From assembly GCA_049656905.1 (NCBI GenBank), contig JBASMO010000044.1, positions 482 to 64,481 of the forward strand: a stretch of 64,000 bases of DNA, written 5' to 3'. The position numbers and the translations under genes are program-made. This DNA comes from Syntrophomonadaceae bacterium. Lineage in GTDB: Bacteria; Bacillota; Syntrophomonadia; Syntrophomonadales; Syntrophomonadaceae. The notes under the pieces were generated by a model. That model was not told where the DNA came from, ran no database searches, and saw only the letters and a list, made by a program, of their open reading frames with translations. Of the stretch, positions 9,910 through 19,526 are shown piece after piece. Numbering within the stretch: the stretch's first letter is position 1; each line of letters starts with the position of its first letter.

Positions 9910-10814
9910 AGGACCAGGCTGAACGTCTGCGAGAGATGGCAAACCAGATTCGTCAACAAATTGAGCAGGAATTTGTGCGGCAAGTTCATCGGGCCAGGGT
10001 TGTAGCTATAAGTAGTGGCAAAGGAGGAGTCGGCAAAAGTACTTTGGCTCTCAATCTGGCTTTAGTTTTATGTAAACAGGGCAAAAAGGTTTTATTATTG
10101 GATGCAGATATGGGTATGGCTAACCTGGATATAATGCTGGGTGTAGTACCTAAATACAATCTTTTTCATGTTATCCAAGGGCGGAAAAACCTCCATGACG
10201 TTATTATATCTGGGCCGCAAGGCATGTCGATTATTCCAGGAGGATCAGGTATTCTGGAATTAGCCAATCTTCCTGCCAGTGACATGAAGAGACTTTTGGT
10301 AGAGTTAATTAAATTGGACAGCGATTATGATTATATGATTCTGGATACTGGTGCAGGCATATCGAAAAATGTCACCAGCTTCCTTCTGGCAGCCGACGAT
10401 GTTATTATAGTCACTATTCCCGAACCAACCTCTATAACTGATGCCTATGGAGTACTTAAAAGCATGAATCGAGCCTCGTATAATGGTAAGGTATATCTAG
10501 TGGTCAATCGGGTCAGTGACGAATCTGAAGGTATCTGGGTAGCTGAAAAATTAACCATAGTTGCTCAAAAGTATCTGGATATAGAGGTGCTAAGTCTCGG
10601 CTATATCTTAAATGATCCCAGTGTCAGTGAAGGGATAAGGCGACAGCAGCCATTTGTAGAGATATACCCCCGCAGCCGGGTAACCCACAATTTTAAGCGG
10701 ATTGCTGAAAAACTTTTAGAAGCCCACCGGGAGAAAAGGTTGGATGATCTTCAGGAGGCAAAACAACCTGGAATAAGAAACTTTTTTAAAAGGGTCCTAA
10801 GTAGTTCTAAATAA
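9906..10814 (+). CDS. flhG: MinD/ParA-type ATPase FlhG (YlxH)
   Basis: Deviant Walker A SGKGGVGKST. It follows flhF with an ATGA overlap, as in B. subtilis. Confidence 0.85.
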   Translation: MKDQAERLREMANQIRQQIEQEFVRQVHRARVVAISSGKGGVGKSTLALNLALVLCKQGKKVLLLDADMGMANLDIMLGVVPKYNLFHVIQGRKNLHDVIISGPQGMSIIPGGSGILELANLPASDMKRLLVELIKLDSDYDYMILDTGAGISKNVTSFLLAADDVIIVTIPEPTSITDAYGVLKSMNRASYNGKVYLVVNRVSDESEGIWVAEKLTIVAQKYLDIEVLSLGYILNDPSVSEGIRRQQPFVEIYPRSRVTHNFKRIAEKLLEAHREKRLDDLQEAKQPGIRNFFKRVLSSSK

Positions 10815-10836
10815 TGTACCAACGGGGGATAAAAGG

Positions 10837-11484
10837 ATGAACGATTTTGATCTCAAGGTAAATCAGCTAATAGAAATAGAAATGGATCAAAACGGGAAGA
10901 AGGTATTTTTAGCCAGTCGAATTGAAGCAATCGAAGAAAGGTATATGTTGATAGCAACCCCTATCCGGCGAGGCATTCCTTTGTTATTACCGTCTGGAAG
11001 TCCAATCGTGGTTCAATTTAGGAAGGGTAATACTTTTTTTTCTTTTGAAAGTGAAATTATGGGCAGGTATTTGCGACCCATCCCTTTATGGATGATTAAA
11101 AAGCCCGTTTCAATATATAGGGTTCCTCAAAAACGTAGCTCGGTTAGATTACCCATTAATTTACCTGTGCAGTATCAATACCTGGATAGAGATGATGATT
11201 CACTGTATGAAGGCGTAACAATTGACATAAGTGCGACCGGTATTTTGTTCAGCAGCGCCCAGTCATGTGATTGGGGAGAAAAGGTAAAGGTGGATTTGTT
11301 TCTTGGCAAGGATAATATAATTTCCTCAGCAGCTAAGGTGGTCCGTACTGAAGATAAAGGTGGTCTGACTAGGTATCGGATAGCCGTGGAATTTGAAGAT
11401 ATGCCCGAGATAGAACGTGATCGCATTTTTAAGTTTATGTTTGATAAACAACGCGAATGGATACGTAAAGGAATTCTTGAATGA
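10837..11484 (+). CDS. PilZ-domain c-di-GMP receptor, YcgR/MotI-like flagellar brake candidate
   Basis: The C-terminal PilZ motifs are intact: RSSVR (RxxxR) and DISATG (DxSxxG). An N-terminal PilZN-like domain is present. The gene is embedded between flhG and cheB. Confidence 0.8.
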   Translation: MNDFDLKVNQLIEIEMDQNGKKVFLASRIEAIEERYMLIATPIRRGIPLLLPSGSPIVVQFRKGNTFFSFESEIMGRYLRPIPLWMIKKPVSIYRVPQKRSSVRLPINLPVQYQYLDRDDDSLYEGVTIDISATGILFSSAQSCDWGEKVKVDLFLGKDNIISSAAKVVRTEDKGGLTRYRIAVEFEDMPEIERDRIFKFMFDKQREWIRKGILE

Positions 11485-11519
11485 AACGCGAATGGATACG
11501 TAAAGGAATTCTTGAATGA
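11450..11519 (+). repeat. Perfect 35-bp tandem direct duplication
   Basis: AACGCGAATGGATACGTAAAGGAATTCTTGAATGA occurs at 11450-11484 and again, identically, at 11485-11519. Confidence 0.95.
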
Positions 11520-11533
11520 ATGGAGGCTCTCTG

Positions 11534-12598
11534 ATGAAACCAATTCGTGTCTTGGTAGTTGATGACTCAGCTTTTATGCGTAAGGTAATCAGTGATATTA
11601 TCAACAACGACCCTAATATGACAGTTATTGGCACCGCCAGGGATGGAAGGGACGCCTTAAAAAAGATTCAGGAGCTTAACCCGGACGTTGTTACTATGGA
11701 TGTGGAAATGCCTGGTTTAGATGGACTGGCTGCTCTAGAAGAGTTAATGAAGATATCCCCTTTACCAGTATTAATGATTAGCAGCTTGACTAAACGAGGT
11801 ACTGAGCAAACGGTCAAGGCTCTTCAATTAGGAGCGGTTGATTTTATAGCCAAACCTTCCGGACCAATTTCTTTGGATATCGACACCGTAAAAGAAGAAA
11901 TAATTAGTAAAATTAAAATTGCAGCAGGTACAAAGAATAAATTGGCGAATTTTAAGTATAAAACAGTAATTAGCCCTGTTCGCCCTGTCTCTACTTTTAA
12001 GGAACTGGCGCCAGGCACAACCCTTGACAAATTGGTGCTTATTGGTACTTCAACTGGAGGGCCTAAAGCTCTTCATGAAGTAATACCTAGACTACCAGAG
12101 CAAATAAATGCTGGTATTTTGATAGTTCAACATATGCCACCTGGATTTACCAGATCTTTAGCGGAAAGACTAGACTCTTTGTCACAGATAACAGTGAAAG
12201 AAGCAGAGCACGGCGAAGAAATAATTCCCGGTTGTGCATATATAGCTCCTGGTGACTATCATTTGACTGTCAGCAGGCCTCCTTCCGGAGCACGAGAATT
12301 AAAGGTCAACTTAACCAAGGAACAGCCCCGAGGAGGACATCGGCCTGCAGTTGATACTATGTTGGAATCGGTAGCCCAACTATATTGGTCAGATATGATA
12401 TGCGTAATTATGACCGGTATGGGCAATGACGGAAGCCAAGGAGTTCAATTAATTAAAAAGCGGGGCGGCAAAGTAATTGCTGAACATCAATCATCCTGTA
12501 TTGTATATGGTATGCCTAAAGCTGCTATTGCAACAGGTTGCGTTGACAAAATAGTTCATCTCAAAGACATCAGCAGTGAAGTTTTGAGAATGCTGTAG
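11534..12598 (+). CDS. cheB: Chemotaxis methylesterase/response regulator CheB
   Basis: Receiver domain (VLVVDDSAFMR, TMDVEMPGLDG) followed by a CheB esterase domain (GTSTGGP, HMPPGFT, GMGNDG). The start is taken at ATG 11534, 6 nt after GGAGG. The track start at 11516 lies inside the duplicated repeat. Confidence 0.9.
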   Translation: MKPIRVLVVDDSAFMRKVISDIINNDPNMTVIGTARDGRDALKKIQELNPDVVTMDVEMPGLDGLAALEELMKISPLPVLMISSLTKRGTEQTVKALQLGAVDFIAKPSGPISLDIDTVKEEIISKIKIAAGTKNKLANFKYKTVISPVRPVSTFKELAPGTTLDKLVLIGTSTGGPKALHEVIPRLPEQINAGILIVQHMPPGFTRSLAERLDSLSQITVKEAEHGEEIIPGCAYIAPGDYHLTVSRPPSGARELKVNLTKEQPRGGHRPAVDTMLESVAQLYWSDMICVIMTGMGNDGSQGVQLIKKRGGKVIAEHQSSCIVYGMPKAAIATGCVDKIVHLKDISSEVLRML

Positions 12599-12634
12599 AG
12601 CAAGCATTTTGATGGATCTGGAGGTGGTTGGGTT

Positions 12635-14641
12635 TTGAAAATGGACATGTCACAATACCTAGATGTTTTTCTAGAAGAAAGTAAAGAACACTTAGGAAAT
12701 CTTAATGAACAGCTGTTGAATTTAGAAAAAAACCCTGGGAACTTGGCAGCCTTAAACGAAATATTTCGAGCTGCTCATACATTAAAGGGAATGTCCTCTA
12801 CCATGGGATTTGAAGATTTAGCCGATCTAACACACCATCTAGAGGATGTGCTATCAGATCTTAAGGAAGGTTTACTGCAACCTGATACATATGTAGTTGA
12901 TACGTTATTTCAATGTTTAGATCGCGTCCAATCGATTATTAGTCAAATCGAGAGTAATGGTTCGGCCGAATACAATAACCAGGACCTTATTGCGATCTTG
13001 AATAGTATTAAAAACCAGAATTATACCGGGGATATTCAGCTAATTGAAGATAAACAAAAACCTGCAACAGCCCAAACTGAAGAGCCTTCCATTGAATTAG
13101 ACTTTAATGAATACGAACTAACGGTGATGGAGGAGGCAGCCTGCAAGAACTATCAAATAGCTGCCATAAGGGTCGCCGTTGATCCAGGTTCATTAATGAA
13201 GTCAGTTCGCGCTTTCATGGTATTCAAAGTTTTAGAAGAAGACAGTGAGGTAATAAAATCCATACCAGCCGTAACCGACTTAGAGGATGGTAAATTTGAT
13301 GAAACCTTTGATGTAGTAGTTATAACTAAAACACCCTTGCCAGTGTTAATTGATCGTCTGGAACACATATCCGAAATCCGTGTGGATAGTAGCCATTTGG
13401 TTAATATTGACCAATTGCCTTTACACCGGGACGATATAGACGTAATGAAATCGGACCAGAAAACCACTGAACAGGTGGACACCAAAAGAAATCACAAAAT
13501 AAAACAAACTGTGCGGGTGGACATTGATCGGCTAGACAACTTAATGAATCTAGTGGGAGAACTAGTTATGCATAAAGGCCGTTTAGGCCAGATTGCTTCC
13601 AACCGGAGAATTGTTGAACTAAATGAAACTATTGAACAGATTGACCGGATAAGTACGGATTTGCAGTCGGTAGTCATGAAAGTGCGTATGGTGCCTATCG
13701 AGCAAGTATTTAACCGTTTTCCCAGAATGGTCAGAGATTTGGCCAAGGAGTTAAATAAAGAAATAGAATTAATCATGGAAGGTAAGGAGACCGAACTGGA
13801 TCGGACGGTTATAGATGAAATAGGCGATCCGCTTATACACCTACTGCGCAATGCTATAGATCATGGTTTGGAATCACCATCGGTAAGAACTCAAAAAGGT
13901 AAACCCCGCATAGGGACCATAATTTTGCGCGCCCGTCATGAAGGCAACAGTGTTTTTATTGAAGTAGAGGATGATGGGGCGGGAATACAAATTGAACGAG
14001 TTAAAAACAAAGCTGTGGCTAAGGGAATTATTACTGCCAAAGAAGCGGAAGAGATGACCGCAGAACAAGCCGTGGATCTTTTGTTTAGTCCTGGATTCAG
14101 CACAGCCGAAAATATTACTGATGTGTCAGGACGAGGGGTTGGACTGGATGTGGTCAAGAGCAAGATTGAATCCTTGAATGGGGAAATACAAGTGGACTCC
14201 AAACCTGGGCAAGGTACAAAGTTCGTCGTCAAACTACCTCTCACACTAGCCATAATTCAAGCCTTAATGGTAGCGGTCCGTGATGAAATTTACGCCATTC
14301 CACTCAGCACGGTTAATGAAACAACTATGTTGTCCTCTGAAGACATCAGGCTTATTCAAAACCAGGAAGTGATAGTACTTAGAGGCAATGTACTGCCACT
14401 TTATCGTTTGGATAGTCTGCTTGAAGTACCTGGAGAAACCCAATCAGATGAATCTTATGTGGTGGTGGTTCATAAGGGGAATAAACAGATAGGTCTGGTA
14501 GTAGATAGATTAATTGGTCAACAGGAAATTGTGATCAAGTCTTTGGGGAAAGTTCTAGCAGGTACTCCTGGTATTGCCGGGGCTATTGTGGCCGGAGACG
14601 GTAATGTGCGTTTGATACTTGATATAGATACTTTGTTTTAG
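12635..14641 (+). CDS. cheA: Chemotaxis histidine kinase CheA
   Basis: P1 HPt motif AAHTLKGMS, HATPase boxes (HLLRNAIDHG, DDGAGI, GRGVGLD) and a C-terminal CheW-like P5 domain. Confidence 0.95.
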   Translation: MKMDMSQYLDVFLEESKEHLGNLNEQLLNLEKNPGNLAALNEIFRAAHTLKGMSSTMGFEDLADLTHHLEDVLSDLKEGLLQPDTYVVDTLFQCLDRVQSIISQIESNGSAEYNNQDLIAILNSIKNQNYTGDIQLIEDKQKPATAQTEEPSIELDFNEYELTVMEEAACKNYQIAAIRVAVDPGSLMKSVRAFMVFKVLEEDSEVIKSIPAVTDLEDGKFDETFDVVVITKTPLPVLIDRLEHISEIRVDSSHLVNIDQLPLHRDDIDVMKSDQKTTEQVDTKRNHKIKQTVRVDIDRLDNLMNLVGELVMHKGRLGQIASNRRIVELNETIEQIDRISTDLQSVVMKVRMVPIEQVFNRFPRMVRDLAKELNKEIELIMEGKETELDRTVIDEIGDPLIHLLRNAIDHGLESPSVRTQKGKPRIGTIILRARHEGNSVFIEVEDDGAGIQIERVKNKAVAKGIITAKEAEEMTAEQAVDLLFSPGFSTAENITDVSGRGVGLDVVKSKIESLNGEIQVDSKPGQGTKFVVKLPLTLAIIQALMVAVRDEIYAIPLSTVNETTMLSSEDIRLIQNQEVIVLRGNVLPLYRLDSLLEVPGETQSDESYVVVVHKGNKQIGLVVDRLIGQQEIVIKSLGKVLAGTPGIAGAIVAGDGNVRLILDIDTLF

Positions 14642-14655
14642 AAGGAGGAAACATC

Positions 14656-15129
14656 ATGGAGGATGTGTTCAATATCAGAGTTGAGGACGGCTACCAGGAA
14701 GATGAAGAAATACAAGTAGTGGCTTTCCGGTTGGGTAATGAGGAATATGCGGTAGACATTTTATATGTTCAGGAAATAATTCGTTTGCTCAATATAACCA
14801 GAGTCCCTCGCAGCGCCCAGCATATTGAAGGAGTTGTGAATTTGCGCGGCAGTATTATTCCCATTGCTAACCTGCACTCCAGATTTGATCTGCAGTTTTC
14901 TGAAAATCAGGATGATAAGCGCATCATCGTGTTCAAGTTCGATGAAGTTCAAGTGGGCATTATCGTAGATGAGGTTTCGGAGGTTTTACGTATCCACCAA
15001 AATGACATAGAAGCTGCTGATAAAGTTTATGGTACTTTGGAAGCTGACCATATAAAAGGAATTGCTAAAGTTGGTGAGAGATTGCTAATTCTGCTAGACC
15101 TGGCCAAGATTTTCGAAGCAGGATGGTGA
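14656..15129 (+). CDS. cheW: Chemotaxis coupling protein CheW
   Basis: 157-aa single CheW domain (FRLGNEEYAVDILYVQEI, VNLRGSIIPI). Confidence 0.9.
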   Translation: MEDVFNIRVEDGYQEDEEIQVVAFRLGNEEYAVDILYVQEIIRLLNITRVPRSAQHIEGVVNLRGSIIPIANLHSRFDLQFSENQDDKRIIVFKFDEVQVGIIVDEVSEVLRIHQNDIEAADKVYGTLEADHIKGIAKVGERLLILLDLAKIFEAGW

Positions 15130-15758
15130 TGATGGTGGAAAATTTCCAAGAACTAACGAATCTGCAGGTAGATGCCTTAAAAGAGATAGGTAACATTGGA
15201 GCTGGTAATGCAGCTACAGCCTTAGCACAAATAATTAATACCAAAATTGACATGAACGTTCCTCGGGTAAGCATATTGGAGTTTGATAAAGTTCCAGCCT
15301 TAATTGGAGGAGCTGATACGTATGTGGTGGGGATTTATTTAACCGTGTTTGGTTCGGCTCCTGCCAGCTTGTTGTTTATTCTGCCAGTAGAACAGGCGTG
15401 TCGACTGGTGGACATGATGATGGGACAACCTGCTGGACATACCGTACCTGAGAATATGGGGGAAATTGAATACTCAGCCATGATGGAACTGGGTAATATT
15501 ATTTCCGCAACCTACTTAAATGCACTGGTTGCGTTTACTCAACTGACCTTAGCACCATCAGTACCAGCTTTGGGAATGGACATGGCCGGAGCAATATTAA
15601 ACGCCATTTTGGCCCAATTCGGGGAAGTAGCTGACCACGTTCTGGTATTAGAAACTCAATTCAGGAAAGATGACGAGGATGTAGTAGGCCATTTTTTTAT
15701 GTTACCTGAACCCGGTTCACTAAACACTATTTTAACTGCACTTGGGGTGAGTCATTAA
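15123..15758 (+). CDS. cheC: CheY-P phosphatase CheC
   Basis: Two CheC signature repeats (LKEIGNIGAGNAATAL and MMELGNIISATYLNAL). 211 aa. Confidence 0.85.
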   Translation: MVMMVENFQELTNLQVDALKEIGNIGAGNAATALAQIINTKIDMNVPRVSILEFDKVPALIGGADTYVVGIYLTVFGSAPASLLFILPVEQACRLVDMMMGQPAGHTVPENMGEIEYSAMMELGNIISATYLNALVAFTQLTLAPSVPALGMDMAGAILNAILAQFGEVADHVLVLETQFRKDDEDVVGHFFMLPEPGSLNTILTALGVSH

Positions 15759-16243
15759 TGTCAAACATTATTCAGGTCGGAATGGCTGACCTGAAACTAG
15801 CTAAGGCGCCGGATAAGCTAATGACGGCTGGCTTAGGTTCGTGTATAGGCATATGCATTTTCGACCCTGTGGTAAAAGTGGGTGTCTTGGCACATATAAT
15901 GCTTCCAAATAGCACTCAGTCCAAAAATCCACAAAACCGTGCTAAATTTGCCGATAGTGCTATAGTAATGGCACTGGAGGAGATGGATAAAAATGGGGCT
16001 TCCAGAGTTAGGTTGCAGGCCAAAATAGCTGGCGGTGCCCAGATGTTTAAATTTTCCGGTGAGAGCGATATTATGAAAATAGGGGAAAGAAATACTCTGG
16101 CGGTTATAGAGAATCTAACAAAACATAATATTAAGCTGGTTGCCAAAGATACGGGTGGAAACTTTGGACGTACTATTATATTCGATGTGGGAGATGGCAG
16201 TTTGTTAATACGAACCATAGGACATGGGGAGAGAGTTATTTAG
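15758..16243 (+). CDS. cheD: Chemoreceptor glutamine deamidase CheD
   Basis: 161 aa with the CheD catalytic region GLGSCIGICIFD and AHIMLP. It follows cheC, as in B. subtilis. Confidence 0.9.
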   Translation: MSNIIQVGMADLKLAKAPDKLMTAGLGSCIGICIFDPVVKVGVLAHIMLPNSTQSKNPQNRAKFADSAIVMALEEMDKNGASRVRLQAKIAGGAQMFKFSGESDIMKIGERNTLAVIENLTKHNIKLVAKDTGGNFGRTIIFDVGDGSLLIRTIGHGERVI

Positions 16244-17017
16244 GTGAAAGCTGACCTGAGTTCATTGTGGAATAATTACAAAGAACATGCTCAATTGGAA
16301 GCGAGAGATGAATTAATAGTTCACTATGCACCTATGGTAAAATATGTGGCTGGCCGCCTGGCTATTAATTTATCATCAGCAGTGGAGATGGATGAGTTAA
16401 TCTCCTATGGTATAGAAGGATTAATTGATGCCATAGAAAAGTATGACCCTACCCGGAATATCAAATTTGAGACCTATGCTGTAACCCGAATTCGCGGATC
16501 TATGATAGATGGTCTGCGTTCAATGGACTGGGTTCCGGTCTCGGTTCGCCAGAAGAGCAAGGAATTAGAGAAGGTTTATGTTCAACTGGAAAACCGTTTG
16601 GGCAGAACCGCTACTCATCAGGAGGTTGCACAGGAACTGGGCATCAGTGAAAAAGAGTTATCTGTTTTGTTACAAGAGGTTGCTGCGACCACTCTGATCT
16701 CCTTAGATGATTATATTCCAGGGGATGAAGGAGAGGAAAAAAAGCGCCGCATTGTGGAGATGTTAGAGGACGATAACGCTGTTGATGCTCTGGAAATGGT
16801 GGAAGTACAGGAAGTAAAGGAATTATTGGCTAGGTCAATTGCCAAACTTCCTGAAAAAGAGAAAATGGTAATATACTTATATTACTATGAAGGATTAACC
16901 TTAAAAGAAATAGGATTGACCTTAAACTTATCCGAATCAAGAATATCACAACTTCATACCAAAGCCGTGTTGAGGCTTAGAGGGGGATTGAGCAAAAAGA
17001 AACATTTAGTAACCTAG
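16244..17017 (+). CDS. sigD: Flagellar sigma factor SigD/FliA (sigma-28)
   Basis: Sigma-70 region 2 (FETYAVTRIRGSMID) and region 4 HTH (LTLKEIGLTLNLSESRISQLH). About 250 aa, located downstream of cheD. Confidence 0.85.
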   Translation: MKADLSSLWNNYKEHAQLEARDELIVHYAPMVKYVAGRLAINLSSAVEMDELISYGIEGLIDAIEKYDPTRNIKFETYAVTRIRGSMIDGLRSMDWVPVSVRQKSKELEKVYVQLENRLGRTATHQEVAQELGISEKELSVLLQEVAATTLISLDDYIPGDEGEEKKRRIVEMLEDDNAVDALEMVEVQEVKELLARSIAKLPEKEKMVIYLYYYEGLTLKEIGLTLNLSESRISQLHTKAVLRLRGGLSKKKHLVT

Positions 17018-17026
17018 AAGAGGGGT

Positions 17027-18439
17027 ATGAAAATGTCCGAGCAGACTATAAATCAGGATGGACAGGTGAAAATTACTTTTGGGCCTGGAAAAATGTATGC
17101 TTTCCTGGAAGTTACCGCACCCATTGGTGAGGGAGTCCCATGTAAGCGGGAACAGGTGTTAAAAGCACTTAAGGATCACGAAATTGTCTATGGAATCAAT
17201 GACAGTGTAATAGACCAAGCCCTGCAGCAGCAGAATTGGAATAAAAGGCTTTTAGTAGCCAAAGGACTTGAACCCGAAAGCGGAACTGATGGAAAGCTAA
17301 TCTACAAGTTTCCATTACCCCAAGAGCGATTAAAACTCCAGGAAGACGAAAAAGGTAATATTGATTACCGTGAACGTGGTTTAATATACAACGTAAAAAT
17401 GGGTGAACTGTTGGTAGAAAGAATCCCTCCTACTGAAGGTACCCCCGGGAGAGATGTAACCAACCGGGAAATACCACCCAAAAGGGGGAGAGATTACCAC
17501 CTTCCTCGCGGCAAAAACACCGTAGCTGACCAGGAACAAAGGTATTTATTTGCTAATTGCGATGGCTATGTTACTTTAGCTGATGGTAAGGTGGTAGTAG
17601 AACCGGTTTTGGTAATTGGCCAGGATGTAGATTTTGCTACAGGCAACATTGACTTCATAGGCAATGTAGTAATATATGGCAATATAGCCCCTGGTTTTAA
17701 GGTACATGCATCAGGAGATATAGAAATAGAAGGTTTTGTAGAAGCTGCTGAAGTTATAGCCGGTGGTTCTATTCACATAAAAGGAGGAATAACCACTGGT
17801 GCCAAAGGTTTAATCAAAGCCGGGCAAAATATTTATGCTCGATTTATAGAAAACTCCACCGTGGAAGCTGGCGGTGACATTGTTGTACGTGACTTTATCA
17901 TGCAATCGCTGGTACGCAGTGGCGGCAGTATTAAAGTAACAGATCATCGAGCCAGAATAGTTGGAGGCACTGTGCTGGCTTTGGATCTGGTAGAATCTAA
18001 AGTCCTAGGCTCGCAATTGGCTACCCAGACTATTGTTGAAGTGGGTATTAATCCACATCTGCGCGAGGAGTATCAGGTTTTAATAAAAAATAAGGCGGAA
18101 AAGAAAAAGGTTTACGATAATCTTCAGCATAGTCTTAGGTCATACCAGCGTAGCAACGTCTCGCTAGATAATTTAAGTGATAAAAAAAGGCTAGCTTTGA
18201 TAAAGATGTTGGATGATTTCAAGACTCTACGCGGTGAATTGGATTCTTGTGAAGCACGCATAGCTTATTTGGAATCGGAATTTGAAAAAACCCACAATGC
18301 TAAGGTTAGGGCATTACAAATAGTATATCCGGGAGTTCGCATTACGATTGGACAGTCAGTTTATACAGTTAATGACCCCATCAAGTATGCCCAATTTATT
18401 AATGAAGATGGAGAGGTTCGACTAACGTCCCTTAGCTGA
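17027..18439 (+). CDS. FapA-like flagellar assembly protein (DUF342)
   Basis: 470 aa with a repetitive beta-helix-like core of repeated G-D/N-I/V turns (GNIDFIGNVVIYGNI, SGDIEIEGFV, GGSIHIKGGI, GGDIVVRD, GGSIKV) and a C-terminal coiled coil. This is typical of DUF342/FapA, from memory. Confidence 0.7.
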   Translation: MKMSEQTINQDGQVKITFGPGKMYAFLEVTAPIGEGVPCKREQVLKALKDHEIVYGINDSVIDQALQQQNWNKRLLVAKGLEPESGTDGKLIYKFPLPQERLKLQEDEKGNIDYRERGLIYNVKMGELLVERIPPTEGTPGRDVTNREIPPKRGRDYHLPRGKNTVADQEQRYLFANCDGYVTLADGKVVVEPVLVIGQDVDFATGNIDFIGNVVIYGNIAPGFKVHASGDIEIEGFVEAAEVIAGGSIHIKGGITTGAKGLIKAGQNIYARFIENSTVEAGGDIVVRDFIMQSLVRSGGSIKVTDHRARIVGGTVLALDLVESKVLGSQLATQTIVEVGINPHLREEYQVLIKNKAEKKKVYDNLQHSLRSYQRSNVSLDNLSDKKRLALIKMLDDFKTLRGELDSCEARIAYLESEFEKTHNAKVRALQIVYPGVRITIGQSVYTVNDPIKYAQFINEDGEVRLTSLS

Positions 18440-18456
18440 GCAGGGGGTGAGGTGCG

Positions 18457-18777
18457 ATGACCATCCGCAGTATTGATATGCAGGTTTTGGTACAGAAGGT
18501 TGGTGAAGTTGCCAAAATACAGCAAGCAGAGAAAACTAGCCAGCATATCAAACAACAATCCTTTCTAGAGCAAATAGCTCAACAGACTGAGGTTGTCAGT
18601 AAAACCGTTAATGAAGCATCTGCCAGTGAATCGGGTTTGATCAGAGAAAAACAGTCCGAAAAGAAAAAGAAACATACCGGTAAGAAAAAGGCCCGGCAGA
18701 ATGAGCCTGATGATGAGGAGACTGCTAATTGGACTCCTGATCCCAATAAGGGTTCCAATTTGGATGTGCGAGCATAA
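18457..18777 (+). CDS. Hypothetical charged protein (Lys/Glu/Gln-rich)
   Basis: ORF with a good SD (GGGGGTGAGG) 5-6 nt upstream. No family recognised. It is co-oriented and tightly packed at the tail of the fla/che operon. Confidence 0.4.
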   Translation: MTIRSIDMQVLVQKVGEVAKIQQAEKTSQHIKQQSFLEQIAQQTEVVSKTVNEASASESGLIREKQSEKKKKHTGKKKARQNEPDDEETANWTPDPNKGSNLDVRA

Positions 18778-18785
18778 AACAGGAT

Positions 18786-19280
18786 GTGAAAATGCTTATG
18801 ACTGGATTACTTATAATAAGTGCCCTGGTATTGGTGACGACTTTAGTAATCGTCACTCAACACAAGAAGTTTCTGGAAAGTTATCTACAGGAATTGGCAC
18901 TTACCCTTCAGGAGAGCCGGGCAGTGAGAACAAATTTAGAAAATCTTTTGAACCAGGCCGTTCTATTATCTGATCAGATAGCGCAGAAATTAGAATATCA
19001 GGCATTGGCAAATGAACAACCTGATAATCATATAGGTGGTCCCAGTAAGAATGACGCATTAGCAGCTGACGAAGCGGTTCATACTAATAGGGATATCTCC
19101 AACCAGCAGGCTGCCCAACAGTCATATAATATCGAATCAGGGTTACCCCTACTGAATGAACAGGTGGTAGCGCTTTATAAAGACGGATATTCAATCAAAG
19201 ATATTGCCAGTATGTTAAATCGAGGTCAGGGAGAAATAAGCCTGATACTGAATATTACTAACCAACGCCGGGTTATTTAA
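18786..19280 (+). CDS. Hypothetical N-terminally membrane-anchored protein with C-terminal HTH-like segment
   Basis: One N-terminal TM helix (LLIISALVLVTTLVIV), a coiled-coil-like middle and a C-terminal YSIKDIASMLNRGQGEISLIL segment that resembles a sigma region-4/LuxR-type HTH. No family confidently recognised. Confidence 0.5.
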   Translation: MKMLMTGLLIISALVLVTTLVIVTQHKKFLESYLQELALTLQESRAVRTNLENLLNQAVLLSDQIAQKLEYQALANEQPDNHIGGPSKNDALAADEAVHTNRDISNQQAAQQSYNIESGLPLLNEQVVALYKDGYSIKDIASMLNRGQGEISLILNITNQRRVI

Positions 19281-19526
19281 GATGACTACTTTAGGACTTA
19301 TTAATTGGTTACCGGTATTAAAGCTCATGGAAAGATAACCCGGTAATAACGGAATACATAAACATTGAGGAGGCCAGCACATTATCGGTTTTTGCATAAT
19401 ATGTTGGCCTTTAGGCTGCAGTTTAGCTGAAAAATATTTTCGCTGGGGCGTTTTTGTTAACATTAGTAATGAGAATAAGATATTGATTTATTGGTAAAGG
19501 TTTCAGGGGCCTTTACAGCAGAAATC

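Noticed and set aside
18701-18973. 90-aa plus-strand ORF bridging the two hypothetical genes at the operon tail
   Set aside because: It is out of frame with both better-supported ORFs, lacks an SD and has an odd composition.
19281-19500. Possible sRNA or terminator in the gap after the fla/che operon. There is an imperfect 14-bp hairpin at 19372-19409, and the track lists a minus-strand 82-aa ORF.
   Set aside because: The hairpin has two mismatches and only a 3-T tail, so it is at best a weak operon terminator. The ORF has no SD and an implausible composition. I found nothing further to support a feature.
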